Origin: Tortispora ganteri
Taxonomy: Eukaryota
DNA: 20,000 bases
Assembly (NCBI GenBank): GCA_003707115.1
Contig: PPNB01000032.1
Coordinates: 48,319 to 68,318 of the forward strand
Reading direction: 5' to 3'
Of the stretch, positions 18,417 to 20,000 are shown one piece after another (within the stretch, counting starts at the first letter, position 1; the number at the start of each line of letters is the position of its first letter). The translations under genes were made by a program, and so were the position numbers. The notes under the pieces are model-generated. The model made no database searches. It saw only the letters and a program-made list of their open reading frames with translations, and was not told the origin of the DNA.

Positions 18417-18987
18417 GGGTTTACAACTTTACTTTTCTGGTTCCTGTATTACTCTTTACTATTACTAAATATCTATATTAAATTGCCTATAAACCCACTC
18501 TATACAGTCTATTATATATATATTTATTTAAATTAATTCATTTTATTGCTATTCGTTCGCTCAATACAAGAACACGGAGCAAAATTATAAAAACCTTACC
18601 TTCCTGTTAAGGTTCTGTCCAGATATTCTCACATTTTGTTGGTCAAATTGTTTCCTCATTATTTTCATAACAATGTGCTCCTAATCTATTCATCTTTAAA
18701 AGATTATTACAATAAAAAAATATTTATCCACTGTATGGCTTACTTTAAAGGTCACCAATAGCTCTATGTATACTTATTTTGCGCAATATATATGGAGTTC
18801 TCGTTCAAAACCTTGTTCTTTTCTAACAAACGCCGCGGGCGAGTAAACTCTCCTACCAGTGACCGTTGCTATGCAAATCATAAACACCAAAGTTCTGAAA
18901 ATGTTGCAACAGCGATAACGCGAACATTGCAGCGTTGCGAGTGAACTTATAAACGTACAATCCTTTAATTCTACGAATAGATTATCG

Positions 18988-19010
18988 ATAATAATAATAA
19001 TAATAATAAT
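18988..19010. repeat. (ATA)n microsatellite
   Basis: About 7.7 perfect ATA units in the AT-rich intergenic region. Confidence 0.9.
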
Positions 19011-19232
19011 TCTATATATAGATATTTAAGATACTGAAATAGTTCCTGTCAGTTTGACAGACTTTGAGAAATAGCGTGCTCGTCAATGTTTGGACGCCTA
19101 AAGCACAAGCATGTATGAACATTTAACACATGTACTGAACATGAAGTAGCCTAGAGTAAAAGACTTTGCATCTTAGAAATCACACAAATAAGGTTAATAA
19201 TGCTGATTTGCTCAAGATCATGCCAATATTGT

Positions 19233-19292
19233 CTACAAGGACCTGGAAGATGACGATGCTGACGATGATGATGATGAAGACGATGACGACGA

Positions 19293-19334
<42 letters not shown>

Positions 19335-19362
19335 CGATGACGACGACGACGATGACGATGAT

Positions 19363-19411
<49 letters not shown>

Positions 19412-19419
19412 AAGATGAT

Positions 19420-19450
<31 letters not shown>

Positions 19451-20000
19451 AAGAAGACAATGAAGACGATGAAGACGATGACGGCAATGACGACAATGAC
19501 GATGAAGACGATGAAGACGATGACGGCAATGACGACAATGACGATGAAGACGATGAAGACGACGACGACGATGACGATGACAAAGACAATGACAAAGACA
19601 ATGACGAAGAAGGTGTCGCTGAAGACTGGGTTGAGAAGGCCGCAGATATTGAATCTTGCAATATATAGGCATCATGTGATAAACTCTGAGGAGTATTCAA
19701 TAACATATCTGCTAATGAGCTGGAATCTGCAGCAGTCTTAGGAACGGGGTGAACAGTTCCCAACCCAGGGCCAATGAACGTCATGGTGTTGAATGGAAAT
19801 TGGATTTCAATACCTTCAGTATATCCTTCAGAAATGAAAACTAGTCTCATAGGATACCACTCATTAGCCGAAAAATTATAAGAAATTATCCATTCACCTG
19901 TGAAAGACTGTGAATTATTATAGCCGCCTATACCAATTTCACTGATATTTGAACATTGAGCAGCATTTTCACCAATAAACAGGTATCCGTTAGCTTCCAC
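19233..20000 (-). CDS. 3' part of a PA14/GLEYA-like adhesin/flocculin with a poly-Ser stalk, 5'-truncated by the window
   Basis: Open from the window edge. YLFIGENAAQC and NEWYPMRLVF resemble Epa/Flo PA14 motifs, followed by about 120 nearly pure Ser residues. Stop TAG at 19233-19235 with no in-frame GPI signal. Confidence 0.6.
19246..19611. repeat. Imperfect (GAY)n / (TCR)n coding trinucleotide repeat with higher-order duplications
   Basis: About 120 GAC/GAT/GAA triplets. An internal 42-bp unit occurs at 19459-19500 and 19501-19542, with a partial third copy. GACAAAGACAAT is tandemly duplicated at 19579-19602. Confidence 0.97.

Noticed and set aside
18110..19150. AT-rich 1-kb intergenic region as a possible centromere, origin or transposon relic; includes the palindrome TGTTGCAACA (18902-18911)
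   Set aside because: No terminal repeats, target-site duplication or CDE-like structure is visible. It is adequately explained as the DAL1 promoter plus the adhesin terminator.
19151..19741. His/Arg-rich (19151-19675, -) and Thr/Met-rich (19166-19741, +) ORFs, and an ATG-less poly-Asp frame on +
   Set aside because: These are alternative readings of the trinucleotide repeat. Only the minus-strand Ser frame connects to a domain-like sequence.
1..20000. Bacterial origin of the window (EF-Tu, trpB, YgfZ-like, allantoinase), or CRISPR-like arrays
   Set aside because: SNF4, Pex11, Vps38, mitochondrial presequences and PTS1-like ends show a fungal nuclear genome. No repeat-spacer array is present.

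Overview
Compact, apparently intron-less stretch of a fungal nuclear genome. It looks like an ascomycete yeast using the standard code, since CTG falls at conserved Leu positions (e.g. in SNF4). Twelve protein-coding genes in order: 3' end of a Vps38/UVRAG-like gene, a Pex11-family peroxin, IBA57, SNF4, TUF1, EHD3, a stand-alone bacterial-type tryptophan synthase beta subunit (trpB), a 949-aa Pro-rich/coiled-coil protein of unknown function, an Lpx1-like alpha/beta hydrolase, a copper amine oxidase, allantoinase DAL1, and the 3' part of a PA14/GLEYA-like adhesin with a long poly-Ser microsatellite. The standout is trpB. Fungi normally encode a fused alpha-beta Trp5, so this beta-only gene among housekeeping genes is a strong candidate for bacterial horizontal transfer with an indole-salvage role. 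It has a palindromic ATCWGATAA GATA element just before its ATG. Secondary observations: long SP/RRxS-rich insertions in allantoinase, a UaY/Ppr1-like site upstream of DAL1, a motif-rich divergent promoter between two PTS1-like enzymes, and an adhesin with apparently degenerate Ca-binding residues and an out-of-frame GPI-like tail. All family assignments come from remembered motifs; no database search was run.
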